From Carpediemonas membranifera BICM (Eukaryota > Protista > Fornicata), in assembly GCA_019828565.1 (NCBI GenBank), contig JAHDYR010000012.1, forward strand, positions 868,001-932,000: a DNA stretch of 64,000 bases, read 5' to 3'. Shown here piece by piece: positions 48,439 through 60,986 of the stretch (position 1 is the first letter of the stretch; each line of letters opens with the position of its first letter). Made by a program: the position numbers and the translations under genes. The notes under the pieces were generated by a model that did no database searches, was not told the origin of the DNA, and saw nothing but the letters and a program-made list of their open reading frames with translations.

Positions 48439-50173
48439 TCAGCTTCGGAGCAACGGGGATGAGGCGCTTGCGGGGCAGGGCTGGAAGGTGGTGCTGCGCT
48501 TGGCGTACATGGTCGCTGCGTTGGCGAACCTGATCCAGTCTTTGACCTTGAGCATCTTGCGGACGACCTCGTTGGTGTTGTCGTCGACGCTGACGCCTGA
48601 GTTGTCGATGAAGGCCTCTCGAGTGGTGTGCCTGACGATCATGTCGGTCAGGGGAAGCATCTTCCTGTGCAGGAAGTCCACACGGGATGTGACGACCTTC
48701 GTATGGATCGGGCGGAACAGCTCTGGGACCGGCTTGACAGTGTTGAATGTGAATCCGTTGACGGTCATCTTGTCGTGCGTGTCAACTCCGCCGAATATCG
48801 TGAGCGCGTCGAGAGTTGGGGCGCGAGAGAGGGCGGTGTACAGCTGTCCAACCTCCCAGAAGTCGTTAGAGCGGCGGTCCTGCTTGGAGTTCATGTTCTC
48901 CCGCAGGTCAACGATGAGACGGGGGATCGTCTGTCCCTGTGCCTTGTGGATTGTGAGGACGTACGCCGGCATGAGGGGGATGAACGTGTGCGTGAAGATG
49001 CCCTGCTTCACGGACATCTCCCGGATGATGTGGACCTGGCCTGAGTCGGCCATCTGCACCTCTACTGACGGGTCGGACTGGTTGATCGAGAGGATGGTTG
49101 CCTTCGCACCGTTGACTAGGCCGAGCTCGGTGATGACGTTCCACGTGAGGATGACGCGGCAGCCGACGCAGAAGTCGATGAGCTCAAGGCGGTCGTGGTA
49201 GTCTCTTTTGGCCGACGTGTCTTCTAGCTCCGAGTGGACGTTGGCAGTGCCGCACGAGAAACGCGAGAACCCGGGAACGCCGTCGATAACCTTCGCCCAG
49301 GCGACATACGACACGAGCTGAGTGACTGGGCAGCCGTCTGACTTTGCGAGTGTGTTCACAACAATGCGGTTGAGGCTGTGGGCTCTGTCTCGGCGGGCAG
49401 TGATCATGGTGTGCCCCTCGAGCATGAGCTTGATCATCAGCTTGAGTGACTCGGGCGTGTCTGGCACTGCGCGCTTGTAGAGCGGTTCGATCTTCTTGGT
49501 GTTGATCTTCGTGGACGCGATGCCGTCGAGGATGGCCGTGAACGCTGGGTCGGCCTGCTGACGGAATGAGCTCTGGAGCTCGAATAGCTTGGCCGTGTTG
49601 TGCTGCTCCCAGTGATAGTGCAGTGCGGATAGGACAGCCGCGTGCTTCTTTGGCACGGGCGGAAGCTGGTTCGGGTCGCCTACGAAGATCATGTTGACTC
49701 CGCCGAAGGGAAGCTCGCCGCCTCTGATCTGGCGCAGTGTGTCGCTGATGTCAGAGATATCAGCTCTGCTCAGCATCATAGCCTCGTCGATGATGATGGT
49801 CGACACCTTTGAGAGGATGAGGCGCTCGGTGGACCCAGGCGAGGGTGCCTCGAACTTCTCGCTGACGTTGTACTTGAAGAACGAGTGGATCGTGGCGCCG
49901 TCAAGGAGGGCAGCGGACACACCAGTGGAGCCTGTGACCAGCACGAGGCGGCCGAAGACTGATGCGATCATGTGGGCGATCTCTCTGATCAGGAGCGACT
50001 TGCCCGAGCCCGCCTTGCCCATAACAATGGCCATGAAGTGACAGCTGGTCTGCATACGCTGCCTGACGAACGACTTGATCTCTGCCTGCTGCTCGTTGAG
50101 TGTGATGTCCGGCTGGGGCGTGTACACGCGAAGAGGCTTATCGAACAGCTGCAAGACCGTGGTGGTCTTCACG
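48439..50173 (-). pseudogene. Pif1-family SF1 helicase, 5'-truncated
   Basis: GKAGSGKS, TIHSFF, IIIDE, GDPNQLPPV, FRQ, GLVNGA, AYVLTIHKAQG, YTALSR. Confidence 0.92.
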
Positions 50174-51570
50174 GTAAGTTATGGTAAGGTATTGCGGATT
50201 TTGGGGGGTCCCAGTACGGGACCCCTGGGCCCTTGCCAGGGAAGGCGACACATGCAGCGTGTAGCCTACCCCAGGGGTCCTTCGAACATGCATTGAAATC
50301 TGGGACAACGCAAATATTTTATACTAAATTTTCACGCTCAAAAACGGGACCTCAAAATTGGACTTTGAGGTCAGAGCACACGCTACAGACGGCGTTCAGG
50401 GCTGCAGATTACTTCTCTGGATAGCTGTGCGTGACAGCTCGGAGGCGCTACATAAGCTCCATTCAACTCCGTCGTCTTTACATTGAATTATGCATAAATA
50501 GTTGTACGACAAAAATGGCGATTCCTAACAATTTGTGCAGTACAGCACGAGGCCTGAGGCTTCATGGCTGCTGGATTTGGTGGACTTAAGGGTCTCTGGC
50601 GGTATGATTGAGTCGCGAAATCCACCCGAATCTAGAGAACTGCCCGAATTTTTGACCTTTGGCCTTAAAAGTTTGGAGTTGGGATAAGCCAATGCACAGT
50701 TGTGTTGGGTTCCTTTCGGTGTATACGGGATTTGTCAGAACGCCCCTGAACGATGGCTCAAAAAAAAGTTATGGCCACGTCTTATATCGACTCGTCCGCA
50801 GTCACAAAATGTTCTCTACCGGCACTCGAACTCGCACCTCGTGGACCACATGGGTCACAGTTGACACCCGGGAGTGTCGGGTCGTGCTGCCTGATCCGAT
50901 TCGATCGGATTCGATGGGCGCGCAAATTTCAAGGATCGTCTCGATCCTCTTCAGAAGAACGAGAATGGCTGATCCGGCCGAAGAAAACGAGCCGGGAGCG
51001 AGAACCCGCAGGCGATGCCTGTTCAGCGCGCAGGAGCGACGCTGTGAGAAACTTCAGCATTGGAATAAATTTCTCACCCCCCCCTCTGGGTTGGTGATTA
51101 TATGTTAGTTGGCCATGTTATATGGCATGCGAACTCGCACCTCATGCGTGGTTGGCAAATGATACTAACCACTGAGCAATATTCAATTCTCGGCCGGGTC
51201 ATTCGTGTTGGTATGCGTGGCAAACAGCATACGTCGCAGGTGAATGTAGGTCCAGGGGCGGAGTCCGCGGGGGGTCGCAGGGGGGCAGAGAGAGTGACGG
51301 AGGCGTAGAGAGGTGTAGCGTAGCGGAGGGCGGGAGGAGCGTAGCGACGAGCGCCCGGAGCGGAGCGAAGCCGAACGAAGCCGGAGGAACGAACGGAGCC
51401 CCCCGTCTTCAATCTCCGGGGGGCAGAGGGAGGCGCAGCCGACCGTGGCCCCGTTAGTCGGTGTTGAAATGAAAACGCAGTTTATGTCAATCGAAGTTTC
51501 GATTTTTTCGGAATGGTATTTAATATGCAAGTAAAAAAATCGAAACTTGCAGTTTATGTCAATGCCGAGT

Positions 51571-53317
51571 TCAGTCAAACTTCAAACGATTCTTGGCGTG
51601 GAAGGTGCTACGCTTGCTTCTCTTAGCGTTGTGTTGTCCTCTCATGCTCTTCGGTGTCTCCTCCTCGCTGTCGGAGTACGTGATGAGGGTCTTGGATGAC
51701 CTTGGGTGACTCATCGTTCGACGTGGTGTAGCTTCTCTGAGAGGTGATGGGGATGGGGCTGCTCTCGTAGAGCGCTGCGGGAGGATACGGCGTGGTGGTG
51801 TCGTCCGCAGACGCTTCGGGGGCACGTAGCCTTGCGACGACGGTGAGGCAGAGGGCGAGCTGATTGATATGCTCTCGATGTCGTGCACAAGAGGAGACGT
51901 GGGCCGAGGGGCGGGTGCCTGCTTGGCCCGAGCTTGACGTCTCATGGCTATGCGTTGGCGGGTAACGTGTGCAGGCGGCGGCGGCTCGTCCTCGTCTGTG
52001 ATCTCGATGGGGTTGAGTGCAGTCTCTCTGGCGGCTGCTGAGTGGTCGACGTGCTCGCGCTGGTGTTCAATCCCGTCTTCGGGGAAGACGCACATGAAGT
52101 GTACACCTTCGTGGTGGCGGATGCCGGTGGCGAGAATTGTATTGTCGTCGTTGACGACGTCCTGGCAGATGGAAACACGACGGTCGGGGTCATCGTCCGC
52201 TGGCTTGATGGTGTACTCGATTGTCCTGTCGTTCTGGTACAGAATCAGAGAGTCATTCTTGATGCCGCACTCGTGACAGTAGAATGCCCACACGGTGGGG
52301 ATGTTCAGGAACGTTCCGTCGAAAGTGATTCTGTGAACAGCCTCAGGGTTAAGGCCGAGGTGTATGAGAGAGTGTGTCTCTCTGTAGTCAGTGCAGTACT
52401 GCCTGAAGCGCTGCCTGAAGACCTTGACACACCCGTCCACGTCGTCTCCGTGGCCCAGGGACATAAAGTAGTCGTAGAACGCCTTGGTGCGCATCGCTAG
52501 AGCGAAGATTGCGCAGTCACCGCCGCCGTCGTTGTCGTAGATGCGAGCGTTGCTGTATGTCGGTGACATAGTCTTCCTGGGGTTGAGTAGCGGGCATCTG
52601 CGGGCCATCTCATCCTCTGACTGCGTTGGAGGCTCGACTACCGAAATGGTGGGCGTGGGCGGCTCTGTTCTCTCGCGAGACTTGCGGCGGCGTTGGACAG
52701 TGAGGGCGTATGTCGCGTCTCCCCTTGCTGTAGTCAGGTGTAGGCGGAGACTCTGGTGTGCCCAGGTCAAAGACGACCGCAGGCTTGTGCTTGCGCTTCT
52801 CCTTCCGCTTGACCTTGCGCTTGGTCGTGGTCTTGGGCTGGGCAGGCTTGTGGGCGGCTGGAGGATGCTCTTGGGCGCGGCGTGCTTCTTCGATGCGGGC
52901 GAGAATAGTCTGGATTGCCTCGTTGGCGTCCTCGGCCTCTGCTGTGTCGAGGAGTTCTTTCGCCGTGTCGGTGTCGTTGCTGATGATCGATATGACTGTG
53001 CCAGGGTCTTTGCTTGACGCCACCTGCACCCATTGGTCGATGACGGTGGTCTCCTCCGCGCTGATGATGCCTGCTGCGGCGAGCTCGTGCACCTCGTTCT
53101 GCTTCTCGATGCGGTAGAAGTTGTCGCGACGGAAGCGCTGTACGAGGCTCCGCTGGACGCGGGTGAGGTTCAGCTTGTGTAGTGAGCGGTACGTGGCGTT
53201 GAGAGGCTCGAACCCAATGGCAGCGACGTTGTCTTCGCACTCATAGTCGGTCAGCGCCTCGAGTTCGACGTCTGATTCGAGCTCTGCGTCGCTGAAGGCC
53301 GTGTCTATGTGTCTCAC
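51571..53317 (-). CDS. OTU-like gene, copy A (extra C near 52722)
   Basis: Same sequence as 46628-48373 apart from a C-run indel and isolated SNPs. Confidence 0.7.
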
Positions 53318-55753
53318 TCTGGGCTTGCTCTTCGCGCCGGGCTTGCGGGGGTTACGCTTGGTCTGCTTGCGCTTAGTCTTCTTCAGCTTCGGAGCAACGG
53401 GGATGAGGCGCTTGCGGGGCAGGGCTGGAAGGTGGTGCTGCGCTTGGCGTACATGGTCGCTGCGTTGGCGAACCTGATCCAGTCTTTGACCTTGAGCATC
53501 TTGCGGACGACCTCGTTGGTGTTGTCGTCGACGCTGACGCCTGAGTTGTCGATGAAGGCCTCTCGAGTGGTGTGCCTGACGATCATGTCGGTCAGGGGAA
53601 GCATCTTCCTGTGCAGGAAGTCCACACGGGATGTGACGACCTTCGTATGGATCGGGCGGAACAGCTCTGGGACCGGCTTGACAGTGTTGAATGTGAATCC
53701 GTTGACGGTCATCTTGTCGTGCGTGTCAACTCCGCCGAATATCGTGAGCGCGTCGAGAGTTGGGGCGCGAGAGGGCGGTGTACAGCTGTCCAACCTCCCA
53801 GAAGTCGTTAGAGCGGCGGTCCTGCTTGGAGTTCATGTTCTCCCGCAGGTCAACGATGAGACGGGGGATCGTCTGTCCCTGTGCCTTGTGGATTGTGAGG
53901 ACGTACGCCGGCATGAGGGGGATGAACGTGTGCGTGAAGATGCCCTGCTTCACGGACATCTCCCGGATGATGTGGACCTGGCCTGAGTCGGCCATCTGCA
54001 CCTCTACTGACGGGTCGGACTGGTTGATCGAGAGGATGGTTGCCTTCGCACCGTTGACTAGGCCGAGCTCGGTGATGACGTTCCACGTGAGGATGACGCG
54101 GCAGCCGACGCAGAAGTCGATGAGCTCAAGGCGGTCGTGGTAGTCTCTTTTGGCCGACGTGTCTTCTAGCTCCGAGTGGACGTTGGCAGTGCCGCACGAG
54201 AAACGCGAGAACCCGGGAACGCCGTCGATAACCTTCGCCCAGGCGACATACGACACGAGCTGAGTGACTGGGCAGCCGTCTGACTTTGCGAGTGTGTTCA
54301 CAACAATGCGGTTGAGGCTGTGGGCTCTGTCTCGGCGGGCAGTGATCATGGTGTGCCCCTCGAGCATGAGCTTGATCATCAGCTTGAGTGACTCGGGCGT
54401 GTCTGGCACTGCGCGCTTGTAGAGCGGTTCGATCTTCTTGGTGTTGATCTTCGTGGACGCGATGCCGTCGAGGATGGCCGTGAACGCTGGGTCGGCCTGC
54501 TGACGGAATGAGCTCTGGAGCTCGAATAGCTTGGCCGTGTTGTGCTGCTCCCAGTGATAGTGCAGTGCGGATAGGACAGCCGCGTGCTTCTTTGGCACGG
54601 GCGGAAGCTGGTTCGGGTCGCCTACGAAGATCATGTTGACTCCGCCGAAGGGAAGCTCGCCGCCTCTGATCTGGCGCAGTGTGTCGCTGATGTCAGCGAT
54701 ATCAGCTCTGCTCAGCATCATAGCCTCGTCGATGATGATGTTCGACACCTTTGAGAGGATGAGGCGCTCGGTGGACCCAGGCGAGGGTGCCTCGAACTTC
54801 TCGCTGACGTTGTACTTGAAGAACGAGTGGATCGTGGCGCCGTCAAGGAGGGCAGCGGACACACCAGTGGAGCCTGTGACCAGCACGAGGCGGCCGAAGA
54901 CTGATGCGATCATGTGGGCGATCTCTCTGATCAGGAGCGACTTGCCCGAGCCCGCCTTGCCCATAACAATGGCCATGAAGTGACAGCTGGTCTGCATACG
55001 CTGCCTGACGAACGACTTGATCTCTGCCTGCTGCTCGTTGAGTGTGATGTCCGGCTGGGGCGTGTACACGCGAAGAGGCTTATCGAACAGCTGCAAGACC
55101 GTGGTGGTCTTCACGAACGCCTCGTTGAATGAGTTGAGTGTGTAGCGCTGCATTGTTGTAAAGAACGCGTGCGTGGAGATGCCGGTGAGCGCTGCCATGA
55201 TCTCGTCCTGTGAGAACCTGCGGCGGAGAGCAGCTCTGAGCATCGCGATCGCGCCCTGGAGGTCGAGCGTGCCAGCGTCGGCGTTCGTCTTGATGCACTC
55301 GGCAAGGTCGGCGACCATGTTGCGGGGTGTGGAGTGCACTAGGCCTTCGCGCCGGCATGCGTTGTAGTATGACGTGAAGGGGCCGGGGTTCTCGCCCTTG
55401 CCGCACCGAATCTCCTTGTCAGAACGCCAGGGCTTGGACAGGAACAGCAGCGCCTGGTAGTGCCTCTCGCCATCCTCTGGGCTGGTCATGTTGAATGACA
55501 CGGCCTTGATCTTGAGTCTGCGCTTGACGAGATAGCGGAAGAAGTACTGCTTGTACAAGGAGGGGTCGTGGTCCGCGTGGTCAGCGTTGACGAGCATGGG
55601 CTCGTCCTCTGCAGTGGGTCTTACCCAATGTTACATAGGATTACCATTTCATAGATTTATATAGTATTGACCATATTCACCACATCATGGGTTTTCTTAT
55701 ATTAAACAATCTTTCCCTAGCCATAAGGCTACATTAGTACTAATCCCACCAAC

Positions 55754-58700
55754 ATGGTATACGGGAAGGCCAAAGCGCCGATACTAAAGGGCACGTCCGT
55801 GGCTGAATTAGTCACGTTCGTGGAAGCGCTCCAAGATTATCGAGCACTCGGCGGAAAACAGCGCTCAGACCGCCTAATAGACAGCTGCGTCCGTGACTAC
55901 GTTGACGGAGTACTCGGCACGGACGACAACGATCCTCCCGTGGCGCTCATCAAGACCAAGACTACACGCCGGCGCGAACAAGACATCGCTTGTGTCAAGC
56001 GTCTCGGCAAGGCCTTTAGACCACGCCACGAGGTAGCAAGGCTTGAATACTTCCGCTTGAACGCCACATCCTTCACGCCTAGCGAGGTGGTACGCATCAA
56101 CAAGCGCTTTCAGACATTGCTGGCTATTCTGCAACCCGAGTCATCACAGGAGACACTGTGTAAGACGTACGCCCGCTGCTTCAAGCAGGGAACAGGCAGA
56201 ACTATGTACCGCATTCAAGAGTTGATCGAAGATTCCACTCTGAGTGATGCCATGCCTCAGGTACTCGCCATTAGCACCGAGCTGCGGGACGGCGAAGAGC
56301 TGAGAGAAGCGTACCTAGGAGACGGACAGAAGCACCCCAAGAGCATTCACCCGACAGGCGGCCATCCTAGCGGTAACAGAAAGAGAGCAGGCCGCAACGG
56401 CCATCCTTATCGCCAGCCGCTGCCGTCTGAGGAGGGAAGCAACAAGACGCTGAACCGGGATAAGTCAGAGCGTAAGCCCCATCCCAGTAGCACTGACAAG
56501 AAGCGCGACTACACCTGCTGGAACTGCGGCGGCAAGCACGCATGGCACAAGTGCCCCAAGCCGAAGCACACGTGCTCGATCTGCAAGAAGACTGGTCACC
56601 TGGAGAGATATTGTCGGGATAAATCTCCGCAATATTCTCTCTCTATCAGTGCAGATCAGTCCAAGTCCAAGATCAACCTACCACTCGTTCCGGTTTCAGT
56701 AGGCAAGCAGAAGCTGACAGCGTTATTAGACTCGGGAGCTAACGTGTCAAGCATCCACCCTCGCCACGCAGCCAAGCTCGAGGTCATATCCACCACGCAG
56801 GAGCGTGTCGCAACAGCAGGCGGCGAGAAACAGTCACAGGGTCGAGTCAACGCTACGATTAAGCTGCAACCATCATCGTTCACCCCGCGCACTTGTACAT
56901 TTAACGCCGAGCTACTTCTACTCGACACCGACTTCGACCTGATCCTAGGGTACCCCCATATGGTTGAGTTGGGTATACTCCCTCAGGCTGAGTGGAACAA
57001 GGAGGGTAGCGACGAGCTGGACATTCCGTCGCCCGCCAAGTTCGACGCTGCCGTCTACCAGTTGAACCCCACTACGAGCGATACACAGGCCAAGATTCTC
57101 AAGGAGTTCAGCGCAGTGTTCGAAGATCGCAACGAGCCAAGCAAGCTCGAACCGTACGACTTGATCCTGAAGAGTGACAGGGTCGTGAACGCGCGACCAT
57201 ACTACATCCCCCCGGCGAAGGTAGCCGTCGTCAAGGAGCACATTGACGCTCTCCTGGCGAAGAGATTTATCCGTGCCTGTCAATCGCCTTACGCTTCGCC
57301 CGCGATGACAGTACCCAAGAAAGGGGGTAAGTCCCGATTCGTAGTTGACTTCAGACAAATTAACGACATCACCGAACCTTTCAACTACCCCATACCTCGT
57401 ATTGACGAGGTTATCTCCCCAGCTAGCGGGGAAGAAGGTCTTCGCAACCCTCGACCTCTCCGCCGGTTACCACCAAGTCGAGCTGACCGAGCGCTGCCGC
57501 CAGTACACCGCATTTACTACGGCTCTGGGGCAGTACGAGTACTGCCGGATGCCCTTTGGGCTACGCAATGCTGGAGCCCATTTCCAGCGGGCTATGGAGT
57601 CCGCCTTCCGGGGGCTGGTCGGCACAGCCTGTTATATATACATTGACGACATCATCATCTTCGGGGCAAGCGAAGAGGAATATCTCCAGAATCTCCGCAA
57701 GGTCCTCCTTCGCGCACGCGAGACAAAGTTACAGCTCAATAGGGAGAAGTGCCAGTTTGGCCGTGCCGAGGTCGAGTTCCTAGGTTGGGTAATCTCCGAG
57801 GGGCAGAAACACATCGCCCCCCGACCGGGTAGCCGACATTGCAGAGCTCCAGTTGCCCAAGAGCGTCCGTGGGATGCAGGGCTTAGTAGGCTTTCTGAAC
57901 TATTTCAGAGATCACGTGGACCGTTTCGCCGAGATCGCCCTCCCCTTGACTGAGGCAATGGCCGGGCGCAGGCCTATCGGCCAGCCTGAACAGGACGCAG
58001 CGCTGAAGAAGATCAAGGATGCTCTCACATCGGCGGACGCACTCGCCATCTTCGACGCGACTAAGGAGCACACTATTATGACTGATGCCTCAGGGCTCGG
58101 CTACGGTGCAGTACTCCTCCAAGAGGGTAGGCCAGTATGCTATATGAGTAAGGCCTTTAATGAGGTGCAGGCGAGATGGTCTACCAGTGAGAAGGAGGCG
58201 TACGCCATTATAGCTGCCGTACAACGCTGGCGCAAGTTCCTCAGTTGGGGCCATTTCACAATCCTGACCGACCACAGGAACCTCCTGTTCATGTTCCGGA
58301 GCGTTAACGCCAAGGTCAAGCGATGGGCTGACACCCTGTCCGACTTAGACTTCGGTATTGAGCACGTTGCAGGTTTAGACAACGCCGGAGCCGACGGACT
58401 ATCGAGAGTTTTCACCGTACGCTCCCAGGCGACCACTGATCAGATTAAGAAGGCACACGAGATGGCAGGCGCTCATTTCTCGAGAAGACAATCGACAGAC
58501 TGAGAGCCGACGGGTTGAGCGTATCCCGCTCGGCTGTGGACGAGTTCATCTCTCATTGCCCCACGTGCCAAGTGCTAGAACGACCACCCGAGCAGACTGT
58601 GGCCGGGTTACATACGGCTGTAGAGACCCCGTTCAAACGCGTAGCGATCGACACTATGGGGCCATTCCCAACGCGGGACGGTATGACGCACATTACGGTC

Positions 58701-59684
58701 ATGGTCGACATGTGCTCACGGTGGACCGAGCTGGTTGCCGTCTCCGGGACCACAGCCGAAGCAGCAGCTGACGCATTCGTCAACAACTGGGTACTGCGCT
58801 TCGGGTGCCCAGAGGTGTTACAGTCCGATGGAGGGCCAGAGTTTAACAACAAGCTATTCCAACGGTTGTCCAAGGAGTTGGGCTTTGATACGCACATCAC
58901 TACGGCCCACCATCCACAGTCAAACGGGATGGTGGAGCGAGCCAACAAGGAGGTGTTACGCATCTTGAAGGCACGCAAGTTCCACATAAGAGACTCTAAC
59001 TGGATACATCACCTGCCTGTCGCGAGCTTTATCATCAACGCCACGCCGCGAGTCCCAACCCGCCTATCACCGGCTGAGATCGTCCTGGGATATAACCTCA
59101 CCGTGCCTAGCTCAATATACGTTACCAAGCAAGCGTCAGCGAGCGCCAAGCAGTCACACCGGGCAGCCGCCGACGCGGCAATTCAGCTGGCGAAGGCTCG
59201 CATCCAAGCGATGAAGGAGGACGCGTGGTCGAAGGCCGTCTCGTCGCGTACGGAGATCCTGAGTCGTTACGTCTTGGTCAAGTACCCCTCTCGCCCACCT
59301 GACAAACTATCACCAGGGTGGAGAGGCCCGATGAGGCGCGTTAAGAGCATCAAGCAATCAGGCGTCTCCGTGGCATATGAAGTCCAAGACATGGCAGAGT
59401 CACCCACGAATGGTAAGACCATCAAGGTCGATGCCGCACGAGTGCGAAGGTTCAACCCCGGTACACTAACTGACGACCAGATCCAGCAACTCGCTGCAAC
59501 TAGCAGGGACGAGTGGTTGGTCGACCGCATTTCAGCAGCACGCGGGTCAGGTACCATGTCGCAGAAGAAGTACCTCGTGCACTGGGCCGGATTTGAGGAC
59601 GAAGAAGCCACGTGGGAACCATATAAGAACGTTAAGGACTGCGCAGCTCTCGACATCTTCCTGGCGAACAATACAGACGGATAG
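55754..59684 (+). CDS. E6 Gag-Pol with two zinc knuckles and chromodomain; frameshifts near 57420, 57820 and 58490
   Basis: CWNCGGKHAWHKC, CSICKKTGHLERYC, LDSGA, YIDD, TDAS, DTMGP/SDGG/VER, WLVDRI...LVHWAGF..EATWEP. Confidence 0.9.
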
Positions 59685-59746
59685 CCCTTGTACATAGCCG
59701 TGTAAATAACGGACTATCAAGACGCTAACCAAGATCATCAGAACAT

Positions 59747-60986
59747 TTACTCGTCACCGGCAGACTCCTCGTCACTGGTCACCACTTCTTCCAACTCTAC
59801 CTGCAGGGACTCAGGCAGAACGTCCCAGAGCTCGGAATGAGCCCTGAGGTACTGGTTGACCACAGCCACGCGGACAAGGTCTGCGTTAACCGGCGTCAGA
59901 CTTGCTTCAGGGAACCCGTCGTAGGCGACAAGGAGCAAGAAGGAGCCAGCGCGACCACGGTAGGCCTGCTCAACGAACAGCCACCAGTGACCACGCACAG
60001 CCAGCACGCGATAATACCGGTCGCGCTCGTAGACCTGAAAGCGGGTCATATCCTGTGTAAGACGAAGAAACCGGGGTACCTACCGGGGGGAGGCTGAGGG
60101 TCGGCAGCTCCTCGGCGCAGGCAAGGGCGTAGCAGTCATTGGCAAATCGATACAGGCACTGCCGGCCCTGCAGCACCCGGCTCCAGATCGCGTGCTGTAG
60201 CACTGCATAATACGGAACATGATGCGTAAGAAGATAGAGCCGGCGGACGTGGCTACGTGCCGTGTCGACCCCAACGGCAAGAAGGCGTGCCGCCTCATCC
60301 AGGACCTCCCGGCGGATATCGCCGGCACGGCGACCGTTGAATACCTGGTTCATGATCTCCCGGTCGCTGACACCGGAGCCAAGATCGAAGTACTTGCGGA
60401 AGCCGACAAGCAGATAGTAGTCATCGACTGCCCCAGACAGAGCGATGACGCCACCGTCGAGGCGCTGAACGGAGGTCAGCGATGCCTGGTTAAGCGCACC
60501 GCTCATCAACACATCGAGGAACGGCTGCACTGACAGCTCTAGATGCGATGAGAATGTCGATAACGTCGCCGTGACCGTCGAGATGACGTGATCGAGCTCA
60601 CCCCGCAGCCGTGTGGCGCGATCAATGCGGGGAGGCTCGAACACCACGTCCGCGCCCGTGACTGCCGGCGGGAGAACTCGATCACGGACGCCGATACGGC
60701 GCTTGCCTCTAGCACGGCGAGACGGACGCGAATCGCCGACGACGGTTGCCGGAACCACGCTGGAATCGGGCTGGCGCTCCTGATCGTTGACTGTTGAGCC
60801 CGTAGCGGTTGTTGAAGCATCAATAGAGGACTGATTAGTCGTGTTGTCGGAGTTGGCGGTAGATCCAACGCGTCGACGAGCACGCTTGCGAATAACGTGG
60901 CGGAAGACGCGATTGAGGGCGGCAATGTCATCGTCATCGCTTAGTTCCTCGATTATAGCCTTCATTGCGGCGGTATAATTCTCCAT
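59747..60986 (-). CDS. E6 antisense accessory protein (about 402 aa; predicted 31-nt intron 60053-60083) with a C-terminal chromodomain-like region
   Basis: Minus-strand GTAGGT...TTCTTCGTCTTACACAG joins ORF 59970-60986 to ORF 59747-60049 in frame; LLVAYDGFPEASLTPVNADLVRVAVVNQYL parallels the integrase chromodomain tails. Confidence 0.65.

Larger units (their letters stand above)
45253..50173 (-). mobile_element. Helitron-like copy B (fixed end, OTU-like gene, 5'-truncated helicase)
   Basis: Begins with the shared GTAAGTTATGG terminus and ends inside the helicase at the next copy's terminus. Confidence 0.9.

Noticed and set aside
1111-58515. Programmed gag/pol frameshifts or true pseudogenisation (near 1155, 18450, 21770, 29040, 33245, 36950, 40895, 52722, 53770, 57420, 57820, 58490)
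   Set aside because: Nearly all fall in homopolymer or dinucleotide runs, and where sister copies exist they differ; most consistent with long-read indel errors, although the C-run shared by E5 units 2 and 3 could be real
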